Source of the DNA: an uncultured SAR86 cluster bacterium
Lineage (GTDB): Bacteria > Pseudomonadota > Gammaproteobacteria > Magnimaribacterales > AG-339-G14
DNA length: 64,000 nucleotides
Assembly: GCA_902632605.1 (NCBI GenBank)
Contig: CACPDB010000001.1
Location: 246,693-310,692, forward strand
Reading direction: 5' to 3'
Part shown: piece after piece, positions 19,538 to 29,977 of the stretch
How positions within the stretch are numbered: position 1 is the stretch's first letter
How the letters are laid out: every line of letters begins with the position of its first letter
Translations under genes and position numbers: made by a program
Notes under the pieces: model-generated
The model's database searches: none
Seen by the model: the letters and a program-made list of their open reading frames with translations, nothing else
Told to the model about the DNA's origin: nothing

Positions 19538-21009
19538 TAGAGAAAATAAATAACTGAGAGAACCCCAACTACAGATAAAACAATAGTGTAGGGTAATGCC
19601 ATCAAAACCATTCTTAAATAAGAAAGTCCTAAAAGAGGAGCTACAGAAGAGGTTAGAAGAAATAAGAATGCAGCTTGCCCATTAGGAGTAGCAACACTTG
19701 GTAAATTAGTTCCGCTATTAATTGCAATAGCTAACAAATCAAATTGCTCTCTTCCTATTGCTCCACTATCTAGAGCAGCTTTTACTTCGCTGATATAAAT
19801 GGTGGCAACAAAAACATTATCACTGATCATCGATAAGATACCATTTACCATGAAAAATACTGGTATTTGAATTTCTTGTCTAAGACTCAATACATAACTT
19901 ATTACAGGAGTAAACAAATGCTGGTCATGAATAACTGCAACAACCGCAAAAAATACAACCAACAAAGCGGTAAACGGTAGGGCTTCTTCAAAAGCTTTAC
20001 CTAGTTTTGGTTCTTCTATTACTCCGTTAAAAGCAGTTAGTAATACAATAATCATCAAGCCAATCAACCCCACTGCAGCAAGCCCAAAAGCTAAAGAGAA
20101 AACGAGCACCAAAGCAATAATGGCCTGGGTAACGATTTTCATATTTTGAGAATCAGTTCTTTCAAGAGACTCTTGTTTATCAAAATCATAAAGTATTTGT
20201 CTAATGTGACCAGGAAGTTGAACTCCAAATGAAAACAAAGAAAATCTTTCTACAAGATAACAGGTAATCAAACCTGCAATAAAGACAGGGAAAGAAATTG
20301 GTAACATTTTCAAAAAGAACTCGATAAATGACCAGTCTGCAACACTTGCAATTAATAAATTTTGAGGCTCTCCGACAGTCGTTGCAACTCCTCCCAAGGC
20401 AGTTCCAACAGCACCATGCATCAATAGATTTCTAAGAAAACCTTTGAAAGTTTGAAATTCTTCAGAGTTCTCAGAAAAAGCTTCTTCTTTTGAAGCAACA
20501 TTTTTGTAGACATGATAAAAACCTGCAGCGACAGCAATCAAAACAGCCATGACAGTTAAAGCATCTAAAAATGCAGAAAGAAATGCTGCAGCAAATACAA
20601 AGAGTAAACACAAAAGTCTTTTATTTTTGATGTTAATTAGAAGCTTGGTAAAGATATACAAAAGAAAATCTTTCATAAAATAAATACCGGCTACCATGAA
20701 TACTAAAAGAAGAATAACTTTTAAATTAGCCTCAACTTCATAATAAATTTGTCCGGTATTTGTAAGACCCATCAAAATAGACTCCAATGCAATTAATCCA
20801 CCAGGTTGAAGTGGATAACACTTGATAGCCATCGCTAAAGTAAAAATAAACTCACCTAAAATAACCCAGCCAAGAATAAATCCTGCAGGCAAGCTCATAG
20901 CGTCGAATAAAATGTATATAATCGGATTAACAATCAAAAAAGAGATGATTGTATTTTTATACCAATTAGGAGCAGCTCCTAAAAAATTATAATAAATCGA
21001 ATTTATCAT
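19537..21009 (-). CDS. nhaB: Na+/H+ antiporter NhaB
   Basis: '[11 protein letters not shown]', 'CYPLQPGGL', '[22 protein letters not shown]'. Confidence 0.96.
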   Translation of the reverse strand: MINSIYYNFLGAAPNWYKNTIISFLIVNPIIYILFDAMSLPAGFILGWVILGEFIFTLAMAIKCYPLQPGGLIALESILMGLTNTGQIYYEVEANLKVILLLVFMVAGIYFMKDFLLYIFTKLLINIKNKRLLCLLFVFAAAFLSAFLDALTVMAVLIAVAAGFYHVYKNVASKEEAFSENSEEFQTFKGFLRNLLMHGAVGTALGGVATTVGEPQNLLIASVADWSFIEFFLKMLPISFPVFIAGLITCYLVERFSLFSFGVQLPGHIRQILYDFDKQESLERTDSQNMKIVTQAIIALVLVFSLAFGLAAVGLIGLMIIVLLTAFNGVIEEPKLGKAFEEALPFTALLVVFFAVVAVIHDQHLFTPVISYVLSLRQEIQIPVFFMVNGILSMISDNVFVATIYISEVKAALDSGAIGREQFDLLAIAINSGTNLPSVATPNGQAAFLFLLTSSVAPLLGLSYLRMVLMALPYTIVLSVVGVLSVIYFL

Positions 21010-21020
21010 GGAGATTAAAA

Positions 21021-21842
21021 TTGTTTAACTTTGAACCTTCAAATTATATAGAAAATGAAGCCAAAGATTCAGTTTTCTTTGTGATATTTGATCAAAGTAT
21101 TCTTTCATTTTCAAATGAAAATTTTATCAGGCCCATCACACATGATGAATTGACTTGGTCTTATATTGAAGAAAAAGAAAGACACTTTCTAGGATATTTA
21201 AATAAAAAACCGTGCTTTGTCATTCTTACTGAAAAAAATCAGTGTGAATTGGAACACTCAATTTTTATCGATATGCGTTCCGCTCTTGGTAGGATGCCTG
21301 ATCAGTTATTTGATGTTATTGCAAGGTCCATTCAAATCATAAATTGGTCAAAAGATCACCAATTTTGTGGATCTTGTGGAACTTCAATGCAAAGACACGA
21401 TAAGGAAAGAGCAATGGAATGTCCTAACTGCAAAGGACAATTAATTTACCCAAGGATTTCTCCGTGTGTTATCACTTTAATCTATAAAGAAAATGAGTTT
21501 TTGCTTGCACACAATAAGAATTTCCCTCCAAATTTCTATAGCACTCTTGCTGGTTTTATAGAACCAGGGGAATCCGTAGAAAGTGCGTTAAAAAGGGAAG
21601 TTAAGGAAGAAGTAAACATAGACATAAAAAATTTAGAGTATTTTTCAAGCCAAGCATGGCCATTTCCAAGTCAATTGATGTTGGGTTTTTATGCTGAGTA
21701 TGATTCTGGAGAATTAAAACCTGACGGAGAGGAAATTGACGATGCCCAATGGTTTACTGTTGAAAGCATGCCAACAAATATTCCTCCATCAAATATTTCA
21801 ATTTCTGGTAAATTGATAGAAAACTTTATCAAGAAAAAATAG
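21021..21842 (+). CDS. nudC: NADH pyrophosphatase / NAD-cap decapping enzyme
   Basis: 'CGSCG..CPNC', Nudix box '[21 protein letters not shown]', '[11 protein letters not shown]'. Confidence 0.95.
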   Translation: MFNFEPSNYIENEAKDSVFFVIFDQSILSFSNENFIRPITHDELTWSYIEEKERHFLGYLNKKPCFVILTEKNQCELEHSIFIDMRSALGRMPDQLFDVIARSIQIINWSKDHQFCGSCGTSMQRHDKERAMECPNCKGQLIYPRISPCVITLIYKENEFLLAHNKNFPPNFYSTLAGFIEPGESVESALKREVKEEVNIDIKNLEYFSSQAWPFPSQLMLGFYAEYDSGELKPDGEEIDDAQWFTVESMPTNIPPSNISISGKLIENFIKKK

Positions 21843-21843
21843 T

Positions 21844-23859
21844 TTATTTGTTTCTTGGATCGTTAGCCGCTCTTTCAAAAGGTTTCTTTTCTTCAACAAT
21901 TTCTTTTTTTACTTCGATTTCTTTTTCTTTCTTAGGTCTACTTAATTTTCTTGGCGTTGCCTCTGTTTTAGGGATATTTTCTTTTTCTGAAGACTTTCTA
22001 CTATCTGATAGGTCTTTAGATTTTGATTTTTTTGTATTATCTAATTTTGGTTTTTTAGAAACTCTATTTTGATTTTCTTCTGATGAGTTTTGGGATTTTT
22101 TTTGTCTAGAATTAGTCTTTTTATTGTCCTTAAACTTATTAGAATTTGATTTATTTCTATTTTCCGATCTATTTCTATTTTTTTGATAAGACTTTTTCCC
22201 TTGATTTTTAGAATATCTAAGTTTCTTGTTGGGTTTTTGAGATTTCTTTTTTGGTTTGTTGATCTTAAAAATTTCTAAGATTTTTTTAAATAATGATTTT
22301 TTTGGTCTACGAGATCTTTTTATGTTTAAAAGAGGTTTTTCTTCAGAAGTTTTCCTTTTGCTCTTCTTTTCGAAATGATCAGCAACAGAAATACTCGAGC
22401 GATTTTTTTCAGGATCTATAACTTTTCCGTCTTTTATTCTGATGACTTCAAATCTTGAATCAGGTCTAGTTGCATCGGAAATTACGACCAGTTTTACATT
22501 ACTTCTAGCTTCGATATCATTTAAGCGAACTCTCCTTTCGTTCAGGAGTAAGGCTGACATATCGGGAGATACAACTGCCCTCACTTCACTGGTTTTTTCT
22601 TTACTAGACTCTTCTTCAAGCAATCTAAGAACTGCGGTAGAAAGGGTATTAATGTCTTGAGTCCATCTTTCTTTTAAAGACGATCTCAATCTTTGTCTGG
22701 ATAGTTCGAGTAATCCAAATCTAGAAATACGTCCAATTTGAACTCTTGCTCTATCTTCGGAAAGCGCTTCTCTCATAGCGTCTTCTACAGCACGCTTATT
22801 TTCAAGTTTCATCATATCGATGAAATCAATTACGACCAATCCACCGATATCTCTGAGTCTTAATTGCCTTCCTATTTCTTCACACGCTTCAATATTCGTT
22901 TTAACTGCAGTCTCTTCAATATCTTTACCGGAAGTAGCTTGTGAAGAGTTGATATCTATTGCTACCAGAGCCTCTGCATCATCTATTACGATTGATCCGC
23001 CAGAAGTAAGTTTTACTTCTCTTTGATAAGCAGTTTCAATTTGCGATTCAATTTGATATCTGGTGAATAGGGGAAGAGTATTTTCATACTTATTAAGAAT
23101 CATAGCTTGATCAGGCATAACACGCTCAACGAACTCGGATGCTTCTTCAAAAGCTTCTTCGGTATCTACCCAAATTTCCTCAATATCCTCTTTAAGATAA
23201 TCTCTCAAAGCTCTGATAATGATATCGCTCTCTTTAAAAATTAAGATTGGACTTTTCTTCAAAGTGTTTGCTTCGCTAATACCTTCCCAAACTCTTTGAA
23301 GATACTCTAAATCCCATTTTAGATCCTCAAGATCTTTTCCCTCTCCAGCGGTTCTTACTATTAATCCCATAGACTCGGGAACATTCAAAGATGAAATTCT
23401 TTCTTTAAGTTTATCTCTCTCTTTGCCTTCTAATCTTCTCGAAATTCCTGCTGCCTTTGGATTATTGGGCATTAAAACTAAGTATCTACCAGCAAGACTT
23501 ATATTGGTAGTAAGAGCCGCTCCTTTATTCCCTCTTTCGTCTTTTTCAACTTGAACAAGAATCTCTTGATCTTTCTTTAAACAATCTGCGACGGATAATC
23601 TTGAATTTCGGTTATTTTTTTCAGGATAAAATTGGGGAGAAATTTCTTTGAAAGGTAGAAACCCATGTCTTTCTGCTCCATAGTTTACAAAAGCTGCTCC
23701 TAAACTAGGTTCAATTCTACTAACTTTTCCTTTATAAATATTTCCTTTTCTACGGACCTCACTGATATTTTCAATATCCAAATCATACAAAAGGTTTCCT
23801 TCAGTAATTGCAACTCTCAGTTCCTCTGGTTGAGTAGCATTGATAAGCATTCTTTTCAT
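21844..23859 (-). CDS. rne: Ribonuclease E (short C-terminal domain, no Zn-link)
   Basis: 'MKRMLINATQPEELRVA', 'IDINS', 'GGLVVIDFIDM', amphipathic 'SLFKKILEIFK', C-terminal 'RAANDPRNK'. Confidence 0.97.
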   Translation of the reverse strand: MKRMLINATQPEELRVAITEGNLLYDLDIENISEVRRKGNIYKGKVSRIEPSLGAAFVNYGAERHGFLPFKEISPQFYPEKNNRNSRLSVADCLKKDQEILVQVEKDERGNKGAALTTNISLAGRYLVLMPNNPKAAGISRRLEGKERDKLKERISSLNVPESMGLIVRTAGEGKDLEDLKWDLEYLQRVWEGISEANTLKKSPILIFKESDIIIRALRDYLKEDIEEIWVDTEEAFEEASEFVERVMPDQAMILNKYENTLPLFTRYQIESQIETAYQREVKLTSGGSIVIDDAEALVAIDINSSQATSGKDIEETAVKTNIEACEEIGRQLRLRDIGGLVVIDFIDMMKLENKRAVEDAMREALSEDRARVQIGRISRFGLLELSRQRLRSSLKERWTQDINTLSTAVLRLLEEESSKEKTSEVRAVVSPDMSALLLNERRVRLNDIEARSNVKLVVISDATRPDSRFEVIRIKDGKVIDPEKNRSSISVADHFEKKSKRKTSEEKPLLNIKRSRRPKKSLFKKILEIFKINKPKKKSQKPNKKLRYSKNQGKKSYQKNRNRSENRNKSNSNKFKDNKKTNSRQKKSQNSSEENQNRVSKKPKLDNTKKSKSKDLSDSRKSSEKENIPKTEATPRKLSRPKKEKEIEVKKEIVEEKKPFERAANDPRNK

Positions 23860-23924
23860 AGTTTCACCTCATGAAAGTGCTTAAATATAAAATGTAATAA
23901 CCTCTACCTTGAGGCCTTGTTGAC

Positions 23925-23965
23925 AATAAATTTTAGGTTTTACGCCCTCGCTACCTAATTTTATT
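23925..23965 (-). promoter_or_regulatory. Stem-loop in the rne 5' leader
   Basis: AATAAATTTTAGGT (23925-23938) pairs imperfectly with ACCTAATTTTATT (23953-23965); small CCTC/GAGG hairpin at 23901-23914. Confidence 0.4.
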
Positions 23966-24070
23966 AAATTCTTATATTTAAACTAATTAAAATTCTTGCC
24001 CTAAAATATTTTTAATAAGGGTCTATGAAGCGTATTCTAGAGAAAAAATTCAAAGAAATCTAAATTATTT

Positions 24071-24985
24071 ATGTCCGAAGTAAAAAAAATAATTATTGAT
24101 GCAAACATTAAGGGTCAAAGGTTGGATAATTTCTTAATAAGTCACTTAAAAGGAGTCCCAAAATCGAAAATTTATTCAATTATCAGAAAAGGCGAAATCA
24201 GAATTAACAGCAAAAGAAAAAAACCATCATATAAATTAGTAGAAGGTGATGAGTTGAGAGTCCCGCCAATTATGACCTCTAAAAAAGAAAATCAATTTAT
24301 TCCTTCTAATGTCATTGCTTTACTAAAAGATGCGATCGTTGAAGAAAACGAGGATTATATTGCCATAAATAAACCCGAAGGTATTGCTTCGCATGGTGGT
24401 AGCGGGATATCTATTGGAGTCATAGAAGCTATTAGAAATTTCGGTAAAGCTTACAGAGATGCAAAATTGGTTCATAGATTAGATAAAGACACATCGGGTT
24501 GCCAATTAATTGCTAAAAATAATAATTTTTTAAGACGTTGTAATAAGTTAATTTCTGAAAGACAGGTTCAAAAAACTTATCAAGCTGTTGTCCATGGGAA
24601 CTGGATTCACAAGGATGGCTTGCATGAAATCAATATTAAAAAAAATAAGCTTATCGGCAAAGAAAGGATGGTAAAGATTTCAGAAGGAGGCAAAATTGCT
24701 AAAACTTTTTTTCAAGCCATTGAATCATCAGAACATTTTTCACTCGTTGAATGTGAACTAGTTACTGGACGAACACATCAATTGAGAGTTCATCTTTCTG
24801 AATTAGGTTTTCCAATCGTAGGAGACAAAAAGTATGGATTTAAAGAAAACCAGTTTACAAAAGTTTCAGGCCAAAAAAAAAGAATGTATCTTCACGCAAA
24901 CTCTTTTGTATCAGAAGATTTAAATATTTACCTAAAAGTAAAGTCTCCCAAAGAATTTAAAAAAATACTTAAAAATGATGAATAA
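24071..24985 (+). CDS. rluC: 23S rRNA pseudouridine synthase C
   Basis: S4 domain 'QRLDNFL..VPKSKIY', 'VHRLDKDTSG', 'TGRTHQLRVH'; divergent from rne. Confidence 0.94.
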   Translation: MSEVKKIIIDANIKGQRLDNFLISHLKGVPKSKIYSIIRKGEIRINSKRKKPSYKLVEGDELRVPPIMTSKKENQFIPSNVIALLKDAIVEENEDYIAINKPEGIASHGGSGISIGVIEAIRNFGKAYRDAKLVHRLDKDTSGCQLIAKNNNFLRRCNKLISERQVQKTYQAVVHGNWIHKDGLHEINIKKNKLIGKERMVKISEGGKIAKTFFQAIESSEHFSLVECELVTGRTHQLRVHLSELGFPIVGDKKYGFKENQFTKVSGQKKRMYLHANSFVSEDLNIYLKVKSPKEFKKILKNDE

Positions 24986-25020
24986 ATATTCAAATTGCCC
25001 TAGAATTGCGTCACTAATTT

Positions 25021-25227
25021 ATGGCAGTACAAAAAAGCAAAGTATCTAGAGCTAGAAGGGGCGCAAAACGCTCACATAACGCTTTAAAAAAAGAATCTTT
25101 ATCTATAGATCCGGTTACTGGTGAAAAGCATCTAAGACATCACATGACAAAAGACGGTTTTTTTAAAGGAAGAAAAATTTTGGATATCAAAACAAAGGAA
25201 GATTCAACAGAAGACTCTCCTAGTTAG
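25021..25227 (+). CDS. rpmF: 50S ribosomal protein bL32
   Basis: 'MAVQKSKVSRARRG', 'GEKHLRHH'. Confidence 0.97.
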   Translation: MAVQKSKVSRARRGAKRSHNALKKESLSIDPVTGEKHLRHHMTKDGFFKGRKILDIKTKEDSTEDSPS

Positions 25228-25230
25228 TCT

Positions 25231-25962
25231 GTGTCAAAAAAAACCGTTTTAATCACTGGAGCTTCAAGAGGAATAGGTAAAGCCATTCTTGAATCGTTTA
25301 ACAATGAGTATTTTATTGTTGGAACTGGAACTTCTGAATCCAGTGTTCAAAGCATCTTAGAAAATATCAATTCAATGAATATCGAAGGTGATTCCTTTGA
25401 ATTAGATCTTAATGATAGGGACTCAATTAAAGAATTAACTTCTTTACTTGATTCCAAAGAAATTCATCCTGATATTTTGATCAATAATGCCGGGATAACT
25501 AGAGATAACATCATGTTAAGAATGAAAGAAGATGAGTGGGATAACGTAATCGATGTGCACCTTAATGGACAATATTTACTTATCAAATCATTTATTAAAA
25601 AAATGGTAAAAAATAGATGGGGTAGAATAATAAATATATCTTCTACTTCAGCTGCTCTTGGAAACAGAGGACAGGCTAACTATGCAGCAGCAAAAGCAGG
25701 AATTGAAGCGATGTCTAGATCTTTGGCTAGAGAATTGGGTTCAAGGAACATAAATGTTAATTGTGTTGCTCCTGGTTTTATAGAAACAGATATGACTAAA
25801 GAAATTTCAGAAGGAAATGAAGATTTTTTAATCTCTCAAATTCCTCTTGGAAGGTTAGGTAAACCCAGTGAGATTGCTGAAGTTGTGCATTTTTTAGTTT
25901 CAGACCAAGCAAATTATATTACCGGGCAGACTTTACACGTTAATGGCGGCCTATATATGTAG
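25231..25962 (+). CDS. fabG: 3-oxoacyl-ACP reductase
   Basis: 'TGASRGIG', 'NNAGITRDN', 'YAAAKAG'; next to acpP. Confidence 0.95.
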   Translation: MSKKTVLITGASRGIGKAILESFNNEYFIVGTGTSESSVQSILENINSMNIEGDSFELDLNDRDSIKELTSLLDSKEIHPDILINNAGITRDNIMLRMKEDEWDNVIDVHLNGQYLLIKSFIKKMVKNRWGRIINISSTSAALGNRGQANYAAAKAGIEAMSRSLARELGSRNINVNCVAPGFIETDMTKEISEGNEDFLISQIPLGRLGKPSEIAEVVHFLVSDQANYITGQTLHVNGGLYM

Positions 25963-26003
25963 CTTGACTTGCACAAAATTGTTGCATGATTATTTAGATT
26001 ATT

Positions 26004-26033
26004 TTGAAAAATTTTTTTTTAAAGGTATATAAT
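26004..26033 (+). promoter_or_regulatory. Sigma70-type promoter of acpP
   Basis: TTGAAA (26004-09), 18 bp spacer, TATAAT (26028-33); AGAGG RBS downstream. Confidence 0.6.
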
Positions 26034-26060
26034 TCACACAGTTTTTAAATAGAGGTTCAT

Positions 26061-26294
26061 ATGAGCAGTACTGAAGATAGAGTTCGTAGGATAATATGCG
26101 AACAGTTAGGAGTCGGTGAAGAAGAAGTTACTCTTCCCGCTAGTCTTATTGATGATCTTGGAGCAGATTCATTAGATACTGTTGAATTGGTAATGGCTTT
26201 TGAGGAGGAATTTGAAATTGAAATTCCTGATGAAGAAGCAGAAAAGATTGCTACTGTAGAGGACTGCGTAAACTATATAAATTCTGCAGAATAA
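26061..26294 (+). CDS. acpP: Acyl carrier protein
   Basis: '[20 protein letters not shown]'. Confidence 0.98.
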   Translation: MSSTEDRVRRIICEQLGVGEEEVTLPASLIDDLGADSLDTVELVMAFEEEFEIEIPDEEAEKIATVEDCVNYINSAE

Positions 26295-26306
26295 ATTTTA
26301 TTAAAT

Positions 26307-27545
26307 ATGTCATTACAAAGACGGGTTGTCGTAACTGGTCTTGGCATTGTTTCCCCACTGGGAAATGACCTTGAATCTACATGGTCAAACATAGTAAATG
26401 GTAAAAGTGGCGCAGGTCATATAACAAAATTCGATCCAACAGAGTTTTCTACTACTTTTGCTGCAGAGTTAAAAGGATACGACGAAGTCTCAGGATTATC
26501 TCCTAAAGAAGTTAGAAGAATTGATCCTTTTATACAATATGCTCTCACCGCATCAGATCAAGCAATAAAAGATGCTGATTTGTCTCTAGAAAATGTAGAA
26601 AAAACAAGAATAGGAGTTTCTATTGGTTCTGGAATAGGCGGTTTGGGTAGTATTGAAGATAATGCCTTAATTCTCAAGGACAAGGGTCCAAGAAAAATTT
26701 CACCATTTTTTGTACCCGGAGCAATTATCAACATGGCATCTGGAAACGTTGCAATTAAATATAATTTACAAGGACCCAACATTTCAATTGTCTCTGCATG
26801 CTCTAGTGCTGGTCATAGCATAGGTTATTCTGCAAGGACAATTTCTTATGGAGATGCTGACATCATGATTACCGGCGGAGCAGAAGCTGGAATCACACCT
26901 TTAGGGTTAGCAGGATTTAGTGCTGCAAAAGCGCTTTCAACAAATAATGAAAATCCAGAGCAAGCGAGCTGTCCTTGGGATAAAAAAAGAGACGGATTTT
27001 TATTAGGAGAGGGTGCGGGTATCTTAATTTTAGAAGAATTAGAATCAGCAAAAAGTAGAAAAGCTAAAATCTATGGCGAAGTTGTAGGTTTTGGACAAAG
27101 TGATGATGCATACCATATCACTGCACCAGCTGAGGATGGAAGAGGTGCCTATAACGCAATGATCAATGCTTTGAATGATTTCAAAGAAGACTATGAAAAG
27201 ATTGATTATATAAATGCTCATGGAACTTCCACTCCACTTGGCGATGTAATAGAAGCTAAAGCAATAGCAAAAATCTTTAAAGGCAGAAAAAACCTATCTG
27301 TGAGTTCTACAAAATCAATGACTGGTCATCTATTAGGAGCGGCAGGAGCAATTGAAGCTATTTTTTGCCTCCTAGCAATGAGAGATTCTGTTATTCCTCC
27401 AACAATAAATCTGAATGATCCAGATAACGAGTTCAACCTCGACTTAACTCCTAACCAATCAAAAAATAAAGAAGTTAATTTTTCTATGAGCAATTCTTTT
27501 GGTTTTGGCGGGACAAATGTATCCCTAATCTTTAAAAAGCTCTAG
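26307..27545 (+). CDS. fabF: Beta-ketoacyl-ACP synthase II
   Basis: 'RRVVVTGLG', 'SACSSAGH', 'NAHGTST', 'NSFGFGGTN'. Confidence 0.97.
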   Translation: MSLQRRVVVTGLGIVSPLGNDLESTWSNIVNGKSGAGHITKFDPTEFSTTFAAELKGYDEVSGLSPKEVRRIDPFIQYALTASDQAIKDADLSLENVEKTRIGVSIGSGIGGLGSIEDNALILKDKGPRKISPFFVPGAIINMASGNVAIKYNLQGPNISIVSACSSAGHSIGYSARTISYGDADIMITGGAEAGITPLGLAGFSAAKALSTNNENPEQASCPWDKKRDGFLLGEGAGILILEELESAKSRKAKIYGEVVGFGQSDDAYHITAPAEDGRGAYNAMINALNDFKEDYEKIDYINAHGTSTPLGDVIEAKAIAKIFKGRKNLSVSSTKSMTGHLLGAAGAIEAIFCLLAMRDSVIPPTINLNDPDNEFNLDLTPNQSKNKEVNFSMSNSFGFGGTNVSLIFKKL

Positions 27546-28465
27546 TGAGATACTTATTTTCATCGATACTGTCTTTGAATATCGTTTTTTATATTCTTTT
27601 GATTTTTAAACCTTTAAATGTCGAATCAAATTTTTCGATAATACAAGGCAATAATTTAACTAAAATCTTTATTGATTTAGAAGAACAAAATATTTATTTT
27701 CCCAAAGCAATAAAACTAATTTTTAATTTTTCTGGTGCTGATAAAAAAATTTTTTTAGGAGAATACAAAATTGAAGGAAGTGATTCTCTGATTGATATTT
27801 TCAATAAGATTTATTTTGGAAAGATAATTTTAAAAAAGTTCATTATCTCTGAAGGATCAAAAATAACTGACTTATTTTCAGAAGAAATTTTGAATAAATT
27901 TTGTCAGACTTCAAATTTTCAAGATGGTTGTAAATTAGAAGGTTATATAAAACCAGATATTTACTTCTATGACAGAGAAAGTGAATTATTAACTATTTTA
28001 AAAAATTCTATAGAGAAGCAAACTATTGATTTAAATAAATCTTGGGAGGAAAGAGATAATAAATTAAAGAATTTTTCAAAAAAAGAAATATTAATAATTG
28101 CTTCGATTTTAGAAAAAGAATCATGTGCCAACGAGAGAAAAAAAATATCAGGAGTAATTTATAACAGACTAAAAGATAATATGCTTTTACAAATGGATTC
28201 AACAACAATATATGGTTTAAAAAATTTTAGCGGCGATTTAAAGAAGAAAGATTTGCGAGATTCTTCCTTATATAATACTTATATGCATAAAGGATTACCT
28301 CCAGGTCCAATTTCTAATCCATCAAAAAACTCAATATTTGCAGCTGCTCAACCAGAAGAACATAACTATCTGTATTTTGTAGCTAAAGATAAATGTAGTC
28401 ATGAGTTTTCAACCAATTATGATGACCATATGAAAGCAATTAAAAAATACCAATTAAATAAATAA
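27545..28465 (+). CDS. mltG: Endolytic transglycosylase MltG
   Basis: 'IASILEKES', 'RLKDNMLLQMDST', 'YNTYMHKGLPPGPISNPS'. Confidence 0.93.
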   Translation: MRYLFSSILSLNIVFYILLIFKPLNVESNFSIIQGNNLTKIFIDLEEQNIYFPKAIKLIFNFSGADKKIFLGEYKIEGSDSLIDIFNKIYFGKIILKKFIISEGSKITDLFSEEILNKFCQTSNFQDGCKLEGYIKPDIYFYDRESELLTILKNSIEKQTIDLNKSWEERDNKLKNFSKKEILIIASILEKESCANERKKISGVIYNRLKDNMLLQMDSTTIYGLKNFSGDLKKKDLRDSSLYNTYMHKGLPPGPISNPSKNSIFAAAQPEEHNYLYFVAKDKCSHEFSTNYDDHMKAIKKYQLNK

Positions 28466-29076
28466 TGTTCATAACTTTAGAAGGTAGTGAGGGAGCAGGA
28501 AAATCTACTTTAATAAAAAGCTTAAAAAAATATTTCTTAGAAACAAACTTAGATTTTGTTTTTACAAAAGAACCTGGCGGGACCAAAGAAGGTGAAGAAT
28601 TAAGAAAAATTCTTCTAGATAAAAACATAGAATTAGATCCTCTTTCGGAAACTTTTCTTCTCCTCGCAGACAGAATTGAGCATGTAAGAAAAATTATTAA
28701 TCCAGCTTTAGAATCAAATAAAAATGTTTTATCTGACAGATATTTAGATTCAACCTATGCTTACCAAGGAGCAGGGAGAAAAATTAAAAAAGATGAATTA
28801 GATAAATTAATAAAGCCTCTAAAGTTTCCTGAACCAGATTTAACTATTTATTTAGATTTGCCTGTTGAAGAAGGGCTAAAAAGAGCAAAAGGAAGGGACA
28901 GATTAGATAGATTTGAAACAGAAGAAATAGACTTCTTTGAAAGAATTCGAGATTCATATTTAAAGTTAGCTGAAGAAAATCCATATCGTATATTTACAAT
29001 AGATTCGGCAAATGGCGAAAGTGAAGTTTTTAAATTAGCAAAAGACTGCATAGAAAAAAAATTAAATGGAAGCTAA
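28465..29076 (+). CDS. tmk: Thymidylate kinase
   Basis: 'FITLEGSEGAGKST', 'DRYLDSTYAYQG'. Confidence 0.97.
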   Translation: MFITLEGSEGAGKSTLIKSLKKYFLETNLDFVFTKEPGGTKEGEELRKILLDKNIELDPLSETFLLLADRIEHVRKIINPALESNKNVLSDRYLDSTYAYQGAGRKIKKDELDKLIKPLKFPEPDLTIYLDLPVEEGLKRAKGRDRLDRFETEEIDFFERIRDSYLKLAEENPYRIFTIDSANGESEVFKLAKDCIEKKLNGS

Positions 29077-29977
29077 CTTTTTTAATAAAGAAACAAACTC
29101 ACATAACATTTCGCACGCATACCTTTTTGAATGCAAAGATTCAAATAAATCTCATAAATTGGTTGATAGCTTTATTAAAAAAATTTTATGTACTTCAAAG
29201 GCAAAAAAAAATTCTTTTTGCGATGAATGTAAATCTTGTAATTCTTTTAATGTAAATTCAAATCCAGATTTTTTACAGATTTCTCCAGATGATAAAGACA
29301 AGATAGGTATTGGTTCTCTTAGAGGTGATTTCGATAAAAATCGAGGAATTAATAGTGTTTTAAATGAGACTTCATTAATTTCAAAAGCAAAAGTAATTAA
29401 AATTAATTGTGCTGAAAAACTTAATGAAGAGGCTCAAAATTATTTGTTAAAAATATTAGAAGAACCGCCTAAAAATTCTCATATCATTATGCTATCTTCT
29501 AGACCCTATAGATTAGAAAAAACTATTTTAAGCAGACTAATAAGGATAAAAATTCAAAATTCAGAATCTCAGAAAGAATTCAAAGGAATAAAGATTGATC
29601 CAATATTTTCTGAAATTCTCAAGAGAGAATATGACCTAGATTCAATATCTGATAAAGAATTTAATTCTTTATCAAATCTTTTTAACGAAACTATTGAATC
29701 ACTTGATAACTTTAACTATTCCAAAAACGGGATATTAGATACTTGGAATGATGATAATCTAAACTTTAGACTTAACGTTCTAAAACAAGAAATTTTTAAA
29801 TCTTTATCAGGATCATATAAAAAAACTAATCATCAATATTCATTGATAACCTCTACTCTGAGTCAAGAAAGACTCTTTTTACTTTTAGAAGAAATTATTT
29901 CTTTCCAAGCTTTCCTGGCAAATAAGATTCCTATTAATAAGAAAGTTCAATTAGATTCTGTGTTTGATCTTATTTAA
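29066..29977 (+). CDS. holB: DNA polymerase III delta' subunit
   Basis: Zn module 'C..CDECKSC', 'AQNYLLKILEEPP', 'TILSR'; follows tmk. Confidence 0.88.
   Translation: MEANFFNKETNSHNISHAYLFECKDSNKSHKLVDSFIKKILCTSKAKKNSFCDECKSCNSFNVNSNPDFLQISPDDKDKIGIGSLRGDFDKNRGINSVLNETSLISKAKVIKINCAEKLNEEAQNYLLKILEEPPKNSHIIMLSSRPYRLEKTILSRLIRIKIQNSESQKEFKGIKIDPIFSEILKREYDLDSISDKEFNSLSNLFNETIESLDNFNYSKNGILDTWNDDNLNFRLNVLKQEIFKSLSGSYKKTNHQYSLITSTLSQERLFLLLEEIISFQAFLANKIPINKKVQLDSVFDLI

Noticed and set aside
14480-29977. Genome-wide zinc-sparing trend
   Set aside because: MetG, NudC and HolB all keep their Cys4 Zn sites; the loss appears specific to RNase E.
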